This document shows, piece by piece, positions 35,940-46,563 of a stretch of 64,000 nucleotides of DNA. The stretch's first letter is position 1; each line of letters begins with the position of its first letter. The notes under the pieces are model-generated. The model was not told the origin of the DNA, ran no database searches, and worked only from the letters and a program-made list of their open reading frames with translations. Source of the stretch: Tagaea sp. (GTDB lineage: Bacteria > Pseudomonadota > Alphaproteobacteria > CACIAM-22H2); assembly GCA_965279525.1 (NCBI GenBank), contig CBDIIB010000003.1:224001-288000 (forward strand). The letters are read 5' to 3'. A program made the translations under genes and the position numbers.

Positions 35940-38900
35940 AGATCAGCGCGCCGTTCATCGCGCGCCCGATCGCGACCACGCTGATCACGCTTGCCGCGGT
36001 GCTGGCGGGAATTCTCGGCTACCGCGTGCTGCCGGTCTCTTCGTTGCCGGAAGTGGATTTCCCGACCATCCAGGTGACGACGCGCCTGCCCGGTGCCGAT
36101 CCCGAGACGATCGCGGCACTGGTGACGGCCCCGCTCGAGCGCCAGCTCGGGCAGATATCGGGCCTGACGACGATGACTTCGACGTCGAGCTACGGGACGA
36201 GCGCCATCGCGTTGCAGTTCCTGCTCGGCCGCAACATCGACGATGCAGCACAAGACGTGCAGGCCGCGATCAACGTCGCCGCCGGCTTCCTGCCGCGCAC
36301 CCTGCCGTATCCGCCGACCTACGCGAAGGTGAACCCGGCCGATCCGCCGATCATCAGCCTAGCCCTCACGTCGGACACGCTGCCGGTCGTGCGCATCAGC
36401 GATGCCGCCGACAGCGTGCTTGCCCAGAAGCTGAGCCAGATCTCGGGCGTGGGCCGGGTCAGCGTGCAGGGCGACCAGAAGCCGGCGGTGCGCATCCAGG
36501 TCGATCCGCAGCGCCTGGCGGCTTATGGCCTCGGGCTCGAAGACGTGCGCGCCGTACTCGTTCGCGCCAACACCAAGCAGTCCAAGGGCAGCTTCGACGG
36601 CCCGGCACAGGCGTTCACGATCACCGCCAACGACCAGATCACCGAGCCCGGCCAGTACCGCGAGGTCATCATCGCCTACCGCAACGGCGCACCCTTGCGC
36701 CTGCGCGACGTGGCGGAGGTCGTCGAAGGGCTCGAGAACAGCAAGGTCATGGCGACGGTCGACGGCAAACCCGCCGTGCTGATCGAGATCCAGCGCCAGC
36801 CCGGCGCCAACGTCGTGGAGACCGCCGACCGCATCAAGCGCGCGATCCCCGACCTCGAGCGCGCGATCCCGCCGGGCATCCGCATCGTCGTCGTCGCCGA
36901 CCGGACCGTGACGATCCGCGCGAGCGTGGCCGACGTGCAGTTCTCGCTGGTGCTGGCGACCGTGCTGGTGGTGCTGGTCATCTACGCGTTCCTGCGCAGC
37001 TGGCGGGCGACGGCGATCCCGGCGGTGGCACTCCCGGTCTCGCTGGTGGCCACGTTCGGCGTGATGAAGCTCTTCGGCTTCGGTCTCGACAACCTCTCGC
37101 TGATGGCGCTTACCGTGGCGACGGGCTTCGTCGTCGACGACGCCATCGTGATGATCGAGAACGTCGTGCGCCATATCGAGAAGGGCGAGAAGCCGCTCGC
37201 CGCGGCGTACAAGGGTGCCGAACAGATCGGCTTCACCATCGTCGGGCTGACCGTGTCGCTGGTCGCGGTCTTCATCCCGCTGCTGTTCATGACCGGCATC
37301 GTGGGCCGGCTGTTCCACGAGTTCGCCGTCACGCTGTCGATCGCGGTGGTCATCTCGGCCTTCGTGTCGCTGACGCTCACACCCATGATGTGCGCGCGCA
37401 TCCTGAAGCCGGTCGAAGCCGAGAAGCCCGGCCCCGTCGCCCGGATGCTCGAAGCGGGCTTCGACGCGACATTGCGTGCCTACATGGCTTCGCTCGACTG
37501 GGTCATGCGCTGGCAGAAGGCGACACTGCTGTTCGCGCTCGGCACGCTGGTGCTGACGGTCGCTCTCTACATGTGGATACCGAAGGGATTCCTGCCGCAG
37601 CAGGACACCGGCGTGATCGTCGCCACGATCGACGCCGAGCAGGACGCGAGCTTTCAGCGCATCGCCGAGGTGCAGCGCCAGGCCGTGGCGATCGCGCGCG
37701 CGGACCGCGACGTGGTGACCGTGACGGGTTTCTCGGGTGCCGGCACGCTTGCGGGTACCGGCAACACCGTGCGCCTGACAATCGTGCTGAAGCCCCGGAG
37801 CGAGCGCGCGGATTCCGCCGCCGTCATCGCGCGCCGTCTCCATGCCGCACTCGCCGTGCTTCCGGCGGAGTCGTTCCTGCAGCCCGTGCAGGACATCCAG
37901 ATCGGGGCGCGCGCCAGCCGCACGCTCTACCAGTACACGCTGACCGGACCCGACGGGGCCGAGCTTGCCGCCTGGGCGCCGCGCCTGGTCGAGATGCTGC
38001 GCGTCGAGCCGGTCTTGCGCGACATCGCGTCGGACCAGCAGACGGGTGCGCGCCAGCTTCGCCTGACAATCGACCGCGATGCCGCCTCGCGCCTCGGCGT
38101 CAGCCTCCAGTCGATCGACGACACGCTCTACGACGCGTTCGGCCAGCGGCAGATATCGACGATCTACGCGCAGACCAACCAGTACCGCGTCGTGATGGAG
38201 CTCACCCCCGACCTGCAGAACGATCCCGCGACGATCGGCACGCTGCGCGTTCCCGGGACCGGCGGCGTGCAGGTGCCGCTCGCCTCGCTCGCCCGGATCG
38301 AGCGGGCACCGGCACCGCTCGCGATCAACCGGCAGGCGCAGTTTCCGGCCGTCACGATCAGCTTCGATCTCGCGCAAGGGGCCAGCCTCGACCAGGCGCT
38401 GGCCGCCATCGTGCGCGCGGAGGGCGAGCTTGGCCTGCCACCCTCGCTTTCCGGCGCTTTCGCGGGCGACGCCGCGGAATTCGAGCGCGCGCTCGGCTCC
38501 CAGCCGTGGCTGATCCTAGCCGCGGTCGTGGTGATCTACATCCTGCTCGGCGTGCTCTACGAAAGCCTGATCCATCCCGCGACGATCCTGTCGACACTGC
38601 CGTCGGCCGGCATCGGCGCGTTGCTGGCCCTGTCGTTCGCCGGCATGGACCTGTCGCTGGTCGGCCTCATCGGGATCGTGCTGCTGATGGGCATCGTCAA
38701 GAAGAACGCGATCATGATGATCGACTTCGCGCTCGATGCCGAACGCAACGAGGGCAAGTCGCCCGAAGTCGCGATCCGCGAGGCGTGCCGCCTGCGCTAC
38801 CGGCCGATCATGATGACGACGATGGCGGCCTTGCTGGGTGCGTTGCCGCTCGCCTTCGAAAGCGGGACGGGTTCTGAGCTGCGCAATCCGCTGGGCATTT

Positions 38901-39022
38901 CCATCGTCGGCGGGCTGATCCTGTCGCAGCTCCTGACGCTCTACACGACGCCGGTCATCTATCTCGCCTTCGAGCGCCTTCGTGCGCGCTTCGCACCCCG
39001 CCAGCCGGCGGCGGCGGAGTAG
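35936..39022 (+). CDS. mdtB: RND efflux permease (MdtB-like)
   Basis: FIARPIATTL, GFVVDDAIVMIEN, GIVKKNAIMMIDFAL, RPIMMTT; 1028 aa. Confidence 0.92.
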   Translation: MKISAPFIARPIATTLITLAAVLAGILGYRVLPVSSLPEVDFPTIQVTTRLPGADPETIAALVTAPLERQLGQISGLTTMTSTSSYGTSAIALQFLLGRNIDDAAQDVQAAINVAAGFLPRTLPYPPTYAKVNPADPPIISLALTSDTLPVVRISDAADSVLAQKLSQISGVGRVSVQGDQKPAVRIQVDPQRLAAYGLGLEDVRAVLVRANTKQSKGSFDGPAQAFTITANDQITEPGQYREVIIAYRNGAPLRLRDVAEVVEGLENSKVMATVDGKPAVLIEIQRQPGANVVETADRIKRAIPDLERAIPPGIRIVVVADRTVTIRASVADVQFSLVLATVLVVLVIYAFLRSWRATAIPAVALPVSLVATFGVMKLFGFGLDNLSLMALTVATGFVVDDAIVMIENVVRHIEKGEKPLAAAYKGAEQIGFTIVGLTVSLVAVFIPLLFMTGIVGRLFHEFAVTLSIAVVISAFVSLTLTPMMCARILKPVEAEKPGPVARMLEAGFDATLRAYMASLDWVMRWQKATLLFALGTLVLTVALYMWIPKGFLPQQDTGVIVATIDAEQDASFQRIAEVQRQAVAIARADRDVVTVTGFSGAGTLAGTGNTVRLTIVLKPRSERADSAAVIARRLHAALAVLPAESFLQPVQDIQIGARASRTLYQYTLTGPDGAELAAWAPRLVEMLRVEPVLRDIASDQQTGARQLRLTIDRDAASRLGVSLQSIDDTLYDAFGQRQISTIYAQTNQYRVVMELTPDLQNDPATIGTLRVPGTGGVQVPLASLARIERAPAPLAINRQAQFPAVTISFDLAQGASLDQALAAIVRAEGELGLPPSLSGAFAGDAAEFERALGSQPWLILAAVVVIYILLGVLYESLIHPATILSTLPSAGIGALLALSFAGMDLSLVGLIGIVLLMGIVKKNAIMMIDFALDAERNEGKSPEVAIREACRLRYRPIMMTTMAALLGALPLAFESGTGSELRNPLGISIVGGLILSQLLTLYTTPVIYLAFERLRARFAPRQPAAAE

Positions 39023-39027
39023 GGGCG

Positions 39028-42000
39028 ATGTCGATCTCCGATCCCTTCATCCGCCGGCCCATCGGCACCAGCCTGCTGGCGCTGGGCGTGTTCCTCGCCG
39101 GAATGGTCGCGTATTTCCACCTGCCGGTCGCGCCCTTGCCCAACACCGACCTGCCGGTCGTATTCGTGCGCGCCAACCAGCCGGGTGCCGATCCCGACAC
39201 GATGGCAAGCACCGTGACCGCCACGCTCGAACGCCATCTCGGCACCATCTCCGGCGTCAACGAGATGACGAGCACGAGCTCACTCGGCAGCGCCACCATC
39301 GTGCTGCAGTTCGATCCCGCACGCCGCCCGGCCGATGCCGCCAAGGACGTGCAGGCCGCGATCAATGCCGCGATCCCGGACCTGCCGGCCGGCATGCCGC
39401 AGCCGCCGACCTATCGCAAAGCGAACCCGAACGCGCGCCCGGTGCTGATCCTGGCGCTGACGTCGCGCACGATGACGACGCAGGCGGTCTTCGATGCCGC
39501 CGACACGATACTGGCCCAGCGCCTCGCGCAGATCGACGGCGTGGCCCAGGCCAATGTGATGGGGGCCGAGAAGCCCGCGATCCGCATCCAGGCCGACATG
39601 CGGCGGGTTTCGGCCATGGGCCTGTCGATGGACGATCTGCGTGCCGCCATCGTGGCGGCCAATGTCGACCAGCCGACCGGCCGGATCGACGGTCCGGAGG
39701 GCAACGTCACGATCTCGGTGACGGACTCGCTGCGCTCGGCGGACGACTACGCCGACATCCGGCTGCGTGCTGCGAACGGGCGCACGATCCGGCTCGGCGA
39801 CGTCGCCAACGTGTTCGCCGGCGTCGAGAACGAGCGGCAGGCCGCCTGGTTCGGCGACCAGCGTGCGGTGCTGATCCAGATCCTGAAGCAGCCGGGCGCC
39901 AACGTCATCGAGACGGTCGATCACATCAAGGAGCTGCTGCCCGAGATGTCGCGCTGGCTGCCGGCGGGCATCGACGTGACGACGATGTACGACCAGACGA
40001 GCACGATCCGCGCCTCGGTGCGCGACGTGCAGGTCACGCTCGGCATCTCGGTCGCTCTCGTGATCGGCATCGTCGGGATCTTCCTGCGCCGGCTTGCCCC
40101 CACGCTCGCAGCGGCCGTCGCGGTGCCGCTGTCGCTCGCAGGCACATTCGCGGCGATGTGGTGGCTCGGATTCAGCCTCAACAACCTTTCGCTGATGGCG
40201 TTGACGATCTCGGTCGGCTTCGTCGTCGACGACGCCATCGTCGTGATCGAGAACATCATGCGCAACCGCGAGCGCGGCATGGGCGCCTTCGAGGCGGCCC
40301 TGACGGGGGCGCGCGAAATCGGGTTCACGGTCGTGTCGATGACGCTGTCGCTCGCGGTCGTGTTCGTGCCGATGTATTTCCTGGGTGGGCTGCAGGGCCG
40401 GTTCCTGCGCGAGTTTTCGCTGGTGCTCACCGCCGCGATCCTCATCTCGGGCGTGGTCTCGCTGACGTTGACGCCGATGATGTGCGCGCGCTTCCCGGGC
40501 CGCGAGCGCCCGCCGTCGCGCTTCGACCGGGCTTTCGACCGCGTGTTCGATCCGGTCGTGAATGCCTATTCGCGCGCACTGGCCGTCACGGTGCGCTGGC
40601 GCTGGACGATGCTGCTGCTCACGTTCGCCACCATCGCCGCGACCGTCATGCTCTATGTCCAGGCGCCCAAGGGCGGATTCGTGCCCCAGCAGGACACCGG
40701 CCTGCTGCGCGCTTTCGCGCGGGCCTCGCCCGACACGTCGTTCCGCGCGATGTCCCAGCGCATGGACGCGGCCGTGCGCATCGTGCGCAGCGATCCGGCG
40801 GTGGCAAGCGTGGGTGGGGTCACCGGCGGTGGCTTTTCCGGTGCCGCGAACACCGGGCAGATGTTCATCGCCCTCAAGCCGCGCGCCGAGCGCGACGCGA
40901 GTGCCGATCAGGTCGTCGCCCGGCTGCGGCCGCGCCTGGCGCGCCTCGAAGACGTGCAGGTCTTCCTGTCGGCCGAACAGGACCTGCAGTTCGGCGGGCG
41001 CGGGGGCAGGGCGCAGTTCTCCGTGGCGCTGCTTGCCGGCAAGCCTGCCGACCTCACCGCGTGGGGGCCGGTTCTCGTGCGGGCCTTGCAGCAGGAACCA
41101 GGCTTTCTCGACGTGTCGAGCGACCTCGAACGTTCGGGTCTCGACGCGCGCGCGACGATCGACCGCGACGCGGCCGCCCGCTTCGGCATCCAGCCGGCCG
41201 AGATCGACGCGGCACTCAACAACGCCTTCGCCCAGCGTCTCGTCTCGACGATCTACCGCGAGCGCAACCAGTACCGCGTCGTGCTCGAAGCGCTGCCCGA
41301 GCAGCAGCGCGGGCCGCAGGACCTGACGCAGATCTACGTGAAGTCGCCAGCCGGCGCACAAGTGCCGCTGTCGGCACTGGCGAAGATGGAAGTCGTGCCG
41401 TCGCCGCTGAGCATCGCGCATGACGGCCAGTTCCCTTCGACGACGGTCAGCTTCAATCTCGCCGAAGGCGGGGCGCTTCTGGATGCCATCGCGCGGGTGC
41501 GTGCGGTTGCTCAGACGCTTGGCATGCCCGGCGACATGCGGGTCGAGGCGACAGGCTTCGCGCGCGTCAGCCAGGCGCAGAACGCGGGCGTGCCGCTGCT
41601 GATCCTTGCCGCCATCGTCGCGATCTATCTGGTGCTCGGCATCCTCTACGAAAGCTGGGCGCAGGCGGTGACGATCCTCTCCACGTTGCCGTCGGCCGGC
41701 GTGGGGGCGCTGCTGGCGAACATGGCGACCGGCACGAACCTCACGCTCATCAGCATCGTCGGCATCATCCTGCTGATGGGCATCGTCAAGAAGAACGCGA
41801 TCATGATGGTCGATTTCGCGCTGGTCGCCGAACGGCGCGACGGCATGGCGCCGACCGAGGCGATCCTGGAAGCCTGCCGCGTGCGCTTCCGGCCGATCCT
41901 GATGACGACGCTGACCGCGATGCTGGGCGCCCTGCCGCTTGCCATCGGCGACGGCATCGGGGCCGAGTTGCGCCGGCCGCTGGGCATCGCCATCGTCGGC

Positions 42001-42111
42001 GGCCTTGCGTTCAGCCAGCTGCTCACGCTCTTCACCACGCCGGTCATCTATCTGATGCTGCGCGGCAAGCCTTCGCCCCGGCGGGAACTGGCTCCGGGGG
42101 CAGCACAATGA
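39028..42111 (+). CDS. mdtC: RND efflux permease (MdtC-like)
   Basis: FIRRPIGTSLL, PTYRKANP, GFVVDDAIVVIEN, GIVKKNAIMMVDFAL; 1027 aa. Confidence 0.92.
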   Translation: MSISDPFIRRPIGTSLLALGVFLAGMVAYFHLPVAPLPNTDLPVVFVRANQPGADPDTMASTVTATLERHLGTISGVNEMTSTSSLGSATIVLQFDPARRPADAAKDVQAAINAAIPDLPAGMPQPPTYRKANPNARPVLILALTSRTMTTQAVFDAADTILAQRLAQIDGVAQANVMGAEKPAIRIQADMRRVSAMGLSMDDLRAAIVAANVDQPTGRIDGPEGNVTISVTDSLRSADDYADIRLRAANGRTIRLGDVANVFAGVENERQAAWFGDQRAVLIQILKQPGANVIETVDHIKELLPEMSRWLPAGIDVTTMYDQTSTIRASVRDVQVTLGISVALVIGIVGIFLRRLAPTLAAAVAVPLSLAGTFAAMWWLGFSLNNLSLMALTISVGFVVDDAIVVIENIMRNRERGMGAFEAALTGAREIGFTVVSMTLSLAVVFVPMYFLGGLQGRFLREFSLVLTAAILISGVVSLTLTPMMCARFPGRERPPSRFDRAFDRVFDPVVNAYSRALAVTVRWRWTMLLLTFATIAATVMLYVQAPKGGFVPQQDTGLLRAFARASPDTSFRAMSQRMDAAVRIVRSDPAVASVGGVTGGGFSGAANTGQMFIALKPRAERDASADQVVARLRPRLARLEDVQVFLSAEQDLQFGGRGGRAQFSVALLAGKPADLTAWGPVLVRALQQEPGFLDVSSDLERSGLDARATIDRDAAARFGIQPAEIDAALNNAFAQRLVSTIYRERNQYRVVLEALPEQQRGPQDLTQIYVKSPAGAQVPLSALAKMEVVPSPLSIAHDGQFPSTTVSFNLAEGGALLDAIARVRAVAQTLGMPGDMRVEATGFARVSQAQNAGVPLLILAAIVAIYLVLGILYESWAQAVTILSTLPSAGVGALLANMATGTNLTLISIVGIILLMGIVKKNAIMMVDFALVAERRDGMAPTEAILEACRVRFRPILMTTLTAMLGALPLAIGDGIGAELRRPLGIAIVGGLAFSQLLTLFTTPVIYLMLRGKPSPRRELAPGAAQ

Positions 42112-43553
42112 GCCGGATGCGACCGCTGTTCGCCGCAGCGTTGGCGTTGGGTCTGGCGGCTTGCGACACGGCCGCACCCTATCTGCGCCCGGTCGTCGAC
42201 CTGCCGGCCCTGTTCCGCGGCCGTGCGCCGGCCGTTCCTGCCGCCACACCGGTCGTGGCGGAGGAAGCCGAGATCCGCCCGAGCGCCGACTGGTGGAAAA
42301 GCTTCGGCTCGGCCGAGCTCGACGAGCTGGTGGCCCAGGCGCAGTCGGCGAATTTCGATCTTGCCGCCGCGGCAGCGCGCATCCGCCAGGCAATGGCGCA
42401 GACCGAGATCTCGGGTGCCGCGCAGTATCCGACGCTCGATCTATCCAGCGGTGCCTCGCGCCAGCAATCCGCCGCCAGCGGCACCACGTCGTCGACCACG
42501 GGCGCCACGCGGCGCCCCGTCTGGTCGAACCGCTTCGACGTGCAGCTTTCCACGAGCTACGAGATCGATTTCTGGGGCAAGAACCGCGCGGCGGCGGATG
42601 CCGCACAGGCCTCGCTTGTCGCCAGCCGGTACGATGCGGCGACGGTGGCGCTGACGACGGTCTCGAATGTCGCCAACACGTATTTCCAGATCCTCGGTCT
42701 CGCCGAACGGCTCGACTATGCGCGCCAGTCGCTGGCCGATGCCGAGGACATCCTGCTTGCCGTTCGCGCGCGCGAGGCCGTGGGAACCGCGAGCCTCATC
42801 GACATCGCCCCGCAGCTCAGCATCGTCGAGGGGCAGCGTGCGGCCATCGCCTCGCTCGAACGCCAGCTTGCCCAGCAGGGCGACGCGCTCGGCGTGCTGC
42901 TGGGCACCGCCCAGCGGCCGGCCATCGTCGCGATCCCGCTCACAGATCTCAAGGTGCCGGCCGTCGCCGCGGGCGTTCCCTCCGAGTTGCTCCGGCGCCG
43001 GCCGGACATCGCGACCGCGGAAGCAAGGCTCGTCGCGGCCGATGCCGACCTTCGCAACGCGATCGCGTCCCGCTTCCCGAGCCTCAGCCTCACCGGTGCG
43101 GCCGGCTTCCAGTCGTCCGATCTTTCGCGGATTTTCGATCCCATGTCGCAGATCTTCTCGATCGCGGCCTCGCTGACGGCGCCGATCTTCGCCGGCGGCC
43201 GGCTCGAAGGGCAGGAGAAGCTGCAGCGTGCGCGCTTCGAGGAGCTGGCGGCCACCTACCAGAAGGCGGTCGTGCAGGCGTTCGCCGACGTCGAGACCGC
43301 GCTGTCGGGAACGCGACGCACGCGCGAACAGCTCGAAGCACAGGTCGCTTCCACGGCCGCCTCGCGCATCGCCTTCGATGCCGCACAGGCGCAATACCGG
43401 GTGGGTTCGATCGATTCGGTCACGCTGCGCGATACCGAACGCAGCTATTTCACCGCCCTGGACGCGCTGGCGCAGGCGCGGCTCGGCTATTATCAGGCGC
43501 TGATTTCGCTGTTCCAGGCGCTGGGCGGCGGTTGGGAAGTTCCGGGGGAATAG
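42108..43553 (+). CDS. Outer membrane efflux lipoprotein (NodT/OprM family)
   Basis: Lipobox LAAC, WWKSF, SYEIDFWG, PSELLRRRPDI, LFQALGGGW. Confidence 0.93.
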   Translation: MSRMRPLFAAALALGLAACDTAAPYLRPVVDLPALFRGRAPAVPAATPVVAEEAEIRPSADWWKSFGSAELDELVAQAQSANFDLAAAAARIRQAMAQTEISGAAQYPTLDLSSGASRQQSAASGTTSSTTGATRRPVWSNRFDVQLSTSYEIDFWGKNRAAADAAQASLVASRYDAATVALTTVSNVANTYFQILGLAERLDYARQSLADAEDILLAVRAREAVGTASLIDIAPQLSIVEGQRAAIASLERQLAQQGDALGVLLGTAQRPAIVAIPLTDLKVPAVAAGVPSELLRRRPDIATAEARLVAADADLRNAIASRFPSLSLTGAAGFQSSDLSRIFDPMSQIFSIAASLTAPIFAGGRLEGQEKLQRARFEELAATYQKAVVQAFADVETALSGTRRTREQLEAQVASTAASRIAFDAAQAQYRVGSIDSVTLRDTERSYFTALDALAQARLGYYQALISLFQALGGGWEVPGE

Positions 43554-43615
43554 CCCACGCCGGATCGCCGTTGTCGCGTACGGGGACGTCCATCCGCCCG
43601 AACCGGAGGCTTTCC

Positions 43616-44140
43616 ATGAAAACAGCCGTACCCATGCTTGCCGTCGGCACCCTGCTGTGGCTCGCCGCACCGGTCCAGGCCCAGGACATCGGAACGGCAG
43701 GTCAGGACGCGCTGGAGCGGGCGCGCTCGGGCACCGTCGTGCAGTGGCGCAATCCCGACGACGGAATCGGCGGCACGTTCGTGCCCAAGCCCGCCTTCCA
43801 GGATTCGTCGGGCCGGATCTGCCGTGAGTTCAACCAGACCGTCCTGATCGGCAACCGCCAGCAGGAAGCCTGGGGCACGGCGTGCCGGCAGTCGGACGGT
43901 TCGTGGAAGCTCCAGCGCGCCGACGTCGCCGACGTGCCGCAAGTGCGCTACGAGTCGCCGACACCGGTCTATGTGCCGGCCCCGGTTTACGCGCCGGCCC
44001 CGGTCTACGTGCCGGCACCGCGCGTGATCTATTATCCGCAGCCCCACTATTATCCGCGCCCTTACTACGGCTCGTCGATCCATATCGGCATCGGCAGCGG
44101 ACATCGCCGCCACCATCACCACCATCGCCGGCACTGGTAG
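43616..44140 (+). CDS. RT0821/Lpp0805-like (17-kDa surface antigen domain) exported protein with Pro/Tyr repeats and His-rich tail
   Basis: GGAGG RBS, signal peptide, WRNPD...CREFNQTVLIG...AWGTACRQSDGSWK, (PVY[VA]PA)x3, HRRHHHHHRRHW. Confidence 0.85.
   Translation: MKTAVPMLAVGTLLWLAAPVQAQDIGTAGQDALERARSGTVVQWRNPDDGIGGTFVPKPAFQDSSGRICREFNQTVLIGNRQQEAWGTACRQSDGSWKLQRADVADVPQVRYESPTPVYVPAPVYAPAPVYVPAPRVIYYPQPHYYPRPYYGSSIHIGIGSGHRRHHHHHRRHW
43964..44017 (+). repeat. 18-bp imperfect tandem repeat x3 (coding PVY[VA]PA)
   Basis: ccggtctatgtgccggcc / ccggtttacgcgccggcc / ccggtctacgtgccggca. Confidence 0.8.
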
Positions 44141-44143
44141 CGT

Positions 44144-45481
44144 TCAGGCTTCGGCGAGGGCCGCGTCGATCGCGTCGCCCAGCGTTGCCGCCGCGAACGC
44201 GATTTCATCCGGCGTCGACACGTAAGGCGGGGCGAGAAGTACATGATCGCCCGCCTTGCCGTCGATGGTCCCGCCCATCGGATAGCAGAGCAGGCCGCGC
44301 GCGAAGGCCTGCTTCTTGATTTTCACGTGGAGCTTGCGAGCCGGATCGAACGGCGCCTTGGTCGACCGGTCGGCGACAAGCTCCACCGACCAGAACAGGC
44401 CCCGCCCGCGGATGTCGCCGACATGCGCGTGGTTGCCCAGGCGCTCGACAAGGGCCGCTTCGAGCTCGGCGCCGCGCACCTTGACCGCACCGAGCAGCTT
44501 TTCGTCGCGGATCGTCTCCTGCACGGCAAGGGCCGCCGCACACGCCATCGGATGGCCCAGATAGGTATGGCCGTGCAGGAACGAACCCGAGCCGTTCTCG
44601 ATCGCCGCGACCACGCCTGGTGCGATCAGGATGGCGCCGATCGGCTGGGCACCGCCGCCCAGCCCCTTGGCGATCGCGACGATGTCGGGCTGCACGTTCT
44701 CGCTCTCGTAGGCGAACAGCGTGCCGCAGCGCCCCATGCCGCACATGACCTCGTCGAGGACCAGCAGGATGCCGTGCTTCTTGCAGATCGCGTCGACGCG
44801 CGCGAGATAGCCCGGAACGGGCGGCGCGCAGCCTTGCGTGGCGCCGCCGACGGTCTCGGCGACGAACGCGATGATTTTCGCCGGCCCCAGCCGCTCGAAG
44901 GTCGCCTCGATCTCGGCGGCGAGGCGTGCCCCATAGGCTTCCTCGCTCTCGTCCGGCCGACGGTCGCGATAGGGATAGCAAGGTGACACCAGCTCGGTTT
45001 CGGCCAGCAGCGGGGCGAACATCGCGCGCCGCCACGCGTTGCCGCCCACGCCAAGTGCCCCCAGCGTGTTGCCGTGATAGCTCTGCCGGCGGGCGACGAA
45101 CTTCGTGCGCTGCGGCTCGCCCTTCTCGACGAAATACTGGCGCGCGAGCTTCAGGGCCGCCTCCATTGCCTCCGACCCGCCCGACACGAAATAGGCTTTC
45201 GCCATCTGCGTGGGTGCCGATTCCACCAGCAGATCGGCAAGCTTTTCCATCGGCCCGTTCGTGAAGAACGACGTGTGCGCGTAGTCGAGCGTGTCGAGCT
45301 GCGCACGCAGGGCCGCGACGACCCGCGGATGGTTGTGCCCGAGACAGCTGACGGCCGCGCCGCCCGAGCCGTCGAAATACCGCCGGCCCGCCTCGTCGAT
45401 CAGGTAGTTGCCCTCGGCGCGCGCAGCCAGGGGCGGCGGATTGACGGCGCGGTGGAACACGCGCGACGGCTTGTTCAGCAT
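44144..45481 (-). CDS. Class III PLP aminotransferase
   Basis: DGSGGAAVSCLGH, SGGSEAME, SYHGNTLG, DEVMCGMGR, IAKGLG, HGHTY. Confidence 0.94.
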   Translation of the reverse strand: MLNKPSRVFHRAVNPPPLAARAEGNYLIDEAGRRYFDGSGGAAVSCLGHNHPRVVAALRAQLDTLDYAHTSFFTNGPMEKLADLLVESAPTQMAKAYFVSGGSEAMEAALKLARQYFVEKGEPQRTKFVARRQSYHGNTLGALGVGGNAWRRAMFAPLLAETELVSPCYPYRDRRPDESEEAYGARLAAEIEATFERLGPAKIIAFVAETVGGATQGCAPPVPGYLARVDAICKKHGILLVLDEVMCGMGRCGTLFAYESENVQPDIVAIAKGLGGGAQPIGAILIAPGVVAAIENGSGSFLHGHTYLGHPMACAAALAVQETIRDEKLLGAVKVRGAELEAALVERLGNHAHVGDIRGRGLFWSVELVADRSTKAPFDPARKLHVKIKKQAFARGLLCYPMGGTIDGKAGDHVLLAPPYVSTPDEIAFAAATLGDAIDAALAEA

Positions 45482-45854
45482 GGGTGTGCGATCCTTTGGC
45501 AGCCGCCAAAGATAGGCGAAGGCGGGGGTGTGGCGCACGGAATTTGCTCCGGGCAGTCAGGCCGGGACGGATTCCCCGCTGCATCGGCAACCTGCCTGCG
45601 AAATTGAAGACCGGCGAACGACGGCGGCATTACTCACCATTGTCTAAATTGCCGTGCATCAGAGTTCCTGCTGGCGAACCCGACGTCGGCGGTGCGCTGA
45701 CCGCGTCCTTGCAAAGTCTTGTGGATATCCCGGCGGCGACGTGGGCCGCGCGCTGGATCGCCTATGCATCCGTCCAGCGGTATCGCCATTAATTGTGTGT
45801 TCCAGAAGTTGGAACAGCCATTCGAATGCCACCGCAAAATATACGGAGGGAAAC

Positions 45855-46553
45855 ATGCTGTCGATCAACGACGTGCTTCAGTGCCGGAACTATGTCGCCG
45901 ACCAGATCCACTATCTGGCCGGCATCGGGCTGCGCCTGACGGTCAACGCGCATCTGGCGGAGTGGGCCGAGTTCCTCAAGACGGCACCGGAGAATATCGG
46001 CGTCAACCCGGCCTACGACCCGGCGTTCTGCGACCTGCATCCGGGCAACAGCTTCTGGCTGTCGCTCAACGACACGAATGGCGACGTCGTGGCCACGCTC
46101 GCGCACAAGTATCTCGTCTCGGAGAACTATCTTGCCGCATTCGTCGGAAACCGGATGTGGTGGGGCCGCCATCCCAAGCTCGAAAGCACGACCGAATGGT
46201 CGCCCGAACTGCTGGGCTCGAACCTGCTGATCGCCGGGCGCATCGGCCATCATGGCGGCCTGTGGATCCATCCGTCGTGGCGCAAGCACGGGCTGGCGGG
46301 GCGCGTGATGCGGATCTGCCGGGCGGTGGCGTTGCCGCATTTCGAGCTCGACTGGATGGTCGGAACGGTCTTCCAGAATCTCTACGAGAAGCAGTACCCC
46401 ACGCGCATCTACGGCTACGCGGGCACGCTCAAGGTCGTCAGCGGCTTCTTCGAGGAGACGCAGACCAAGGAGACCGTCTATCTGGAATACATCTCGCGGG
46501 GCGAGATGCTGCGCCAGTTCGCGACGACTTCAAGCCAGCCTGTCACGGCTTGA
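45855..46553 (+). CDS. Hypothetical protein with GNAT-like acyl-CoA binding motif
   Basis: GGAGGG RBS before ATG 45855; LWIHPSWRKHGLAG resembles GNAT motif A; host-like codon usage. Confidence 0.7.
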   Translation: MLSINDVLQCRNYVADQIHYLAGIGLRLTVNAHLAEWAEFLKTAPENIGVNPAYDPAFCDLHPGNSFWLSLNDTNGDVVATLAHKYLVSENYLAAFVGNRMWWGRHPKLESTTEWSPELLGSNLLIAGRIGHHGGLWIHPSWRKHGLAGRVMRICRAVALPHFELDWMVGTVFQNLYEKQYPTRIYGYAGTLKVVSGFFEETQTKETVYLEYISRGEMLRQFATTSSQPVTA

Positions 46554-46563
46554 GGCCAGCCTG

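Noticed and set aside
35902-42606. Very long alternative-frame and antisense ORFs (e.g. 35902..38877 +, 39280..42606 -; similarly 17930..20506 -)
   Set aside because: Arg/Ala/Gly-rich translations without motifs; expected artefacts of high GC3 overlapping genuine genes.
34716-43553. Two tandem RND permeases as a recent duplication
   Set aside because: This is the standard heteromeric MdtABC/MuxABC architecture with an outer membrane factor.
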